Below are positions 63,770 to 64,000 of a stretch of DNA of 64,000 bases, piece after piece. A model generated the notes under the pieces. The model had not been told where the DNA came from. It did no database searches and worked only from the letters and a program-made list of their open reading frames with translations. The DNA lies in contig NC_091472.1 in the NCBI RefSeq assembly GCF_036971445.1, positions 83,886,001 through 83,950,000 of the forward strand, in the 5' to 3' direction. The position numbers and the translations under genes were made by a program. The first letter of the stretch is position 1. Each line of letters starts with the position of its first letter. The DNA is from Narcine bancroftii. Its lineage: Eukaryota.

Positions 63770-63915
63770 CAGATGGGCTTTTAATTTAACATCTCATCTG
63801 AAGAATGGCATATCTGACACTCTCCCATAACTACCTGGGAGCTTTAGGCCCAGTTTTGTGCTTAAATCACTGATGGACTACTTGAGCCTACAACCCTAAG
63901 GAGCAGCCACTGAAT
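63770..63915 (-). mobile_element. Deu-domain SINE fragment
   Basis: tttaacatctcatctgaagaatggca..ttttgtgcttaaatcact..cttgagcctacaacc matches the reverse SacSINE/AmnSINE core. Confidence 0.6.
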
Positions 63916-64000
63916 TCCTCCATATTGAAACTTGGTGCTACTTTGGTGAAAGCATTAATTCAGTTAAGGATCAACCAGCAATTCCTATGGCGCTGCTCGA

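Noticed and set aside
1-64000. CRISPR array, operon or other prokaryotic system
   Set aside because: No regularly spaced repeats and no dense coding; the sequence is vertebrate-type repeat-rich DNA.

Overview
Eukaryotic, AT-rich, repeat-dense DNA, most likely intronic or intergenic sequence from a cartilaginous fish. This is inferred from the mix of repeats: CR1, Rex1/Babar, L1, L2, RTE and HERO LINEs; HE1/V-type and Deu-type SINEs; Penelope-like elements; Gypsy LTR elements; and Tc1/pogo and hAT MITEs. No intact host ORF, rRNA, tRNA or CRISPR array is visible. Two or three weak minus-strand exon candidates of an unidentified host gene are present. Structures resolved at base level: (i) a full-length decayed Gypsy element (8091-13277) with both LTRs, PBS, PPT, a 5-bp TSD and a MITE inside its integrase; (ii) a composite Gypsy insertion (17407-22227) built from two different families, whose 5' LTR is followed by a perfect 14-nt complement of its own poly(A)-signal region instead of a tRNA PBS (candidate self-priming), and whose last 23 bp are inverted relative to a solo LTR of the same family at 23909-24105; (iii) a three-level nest, Rex1 > HERO > solo LTR (37180-39215); and (iv) a very young RTE family with one 38-bp ultra-truncated copy. 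Family assignments come from recognising motifs by eye, not from database searches. Boundaries of decayed elements are approximate unless a TSD or TIR is quoted.
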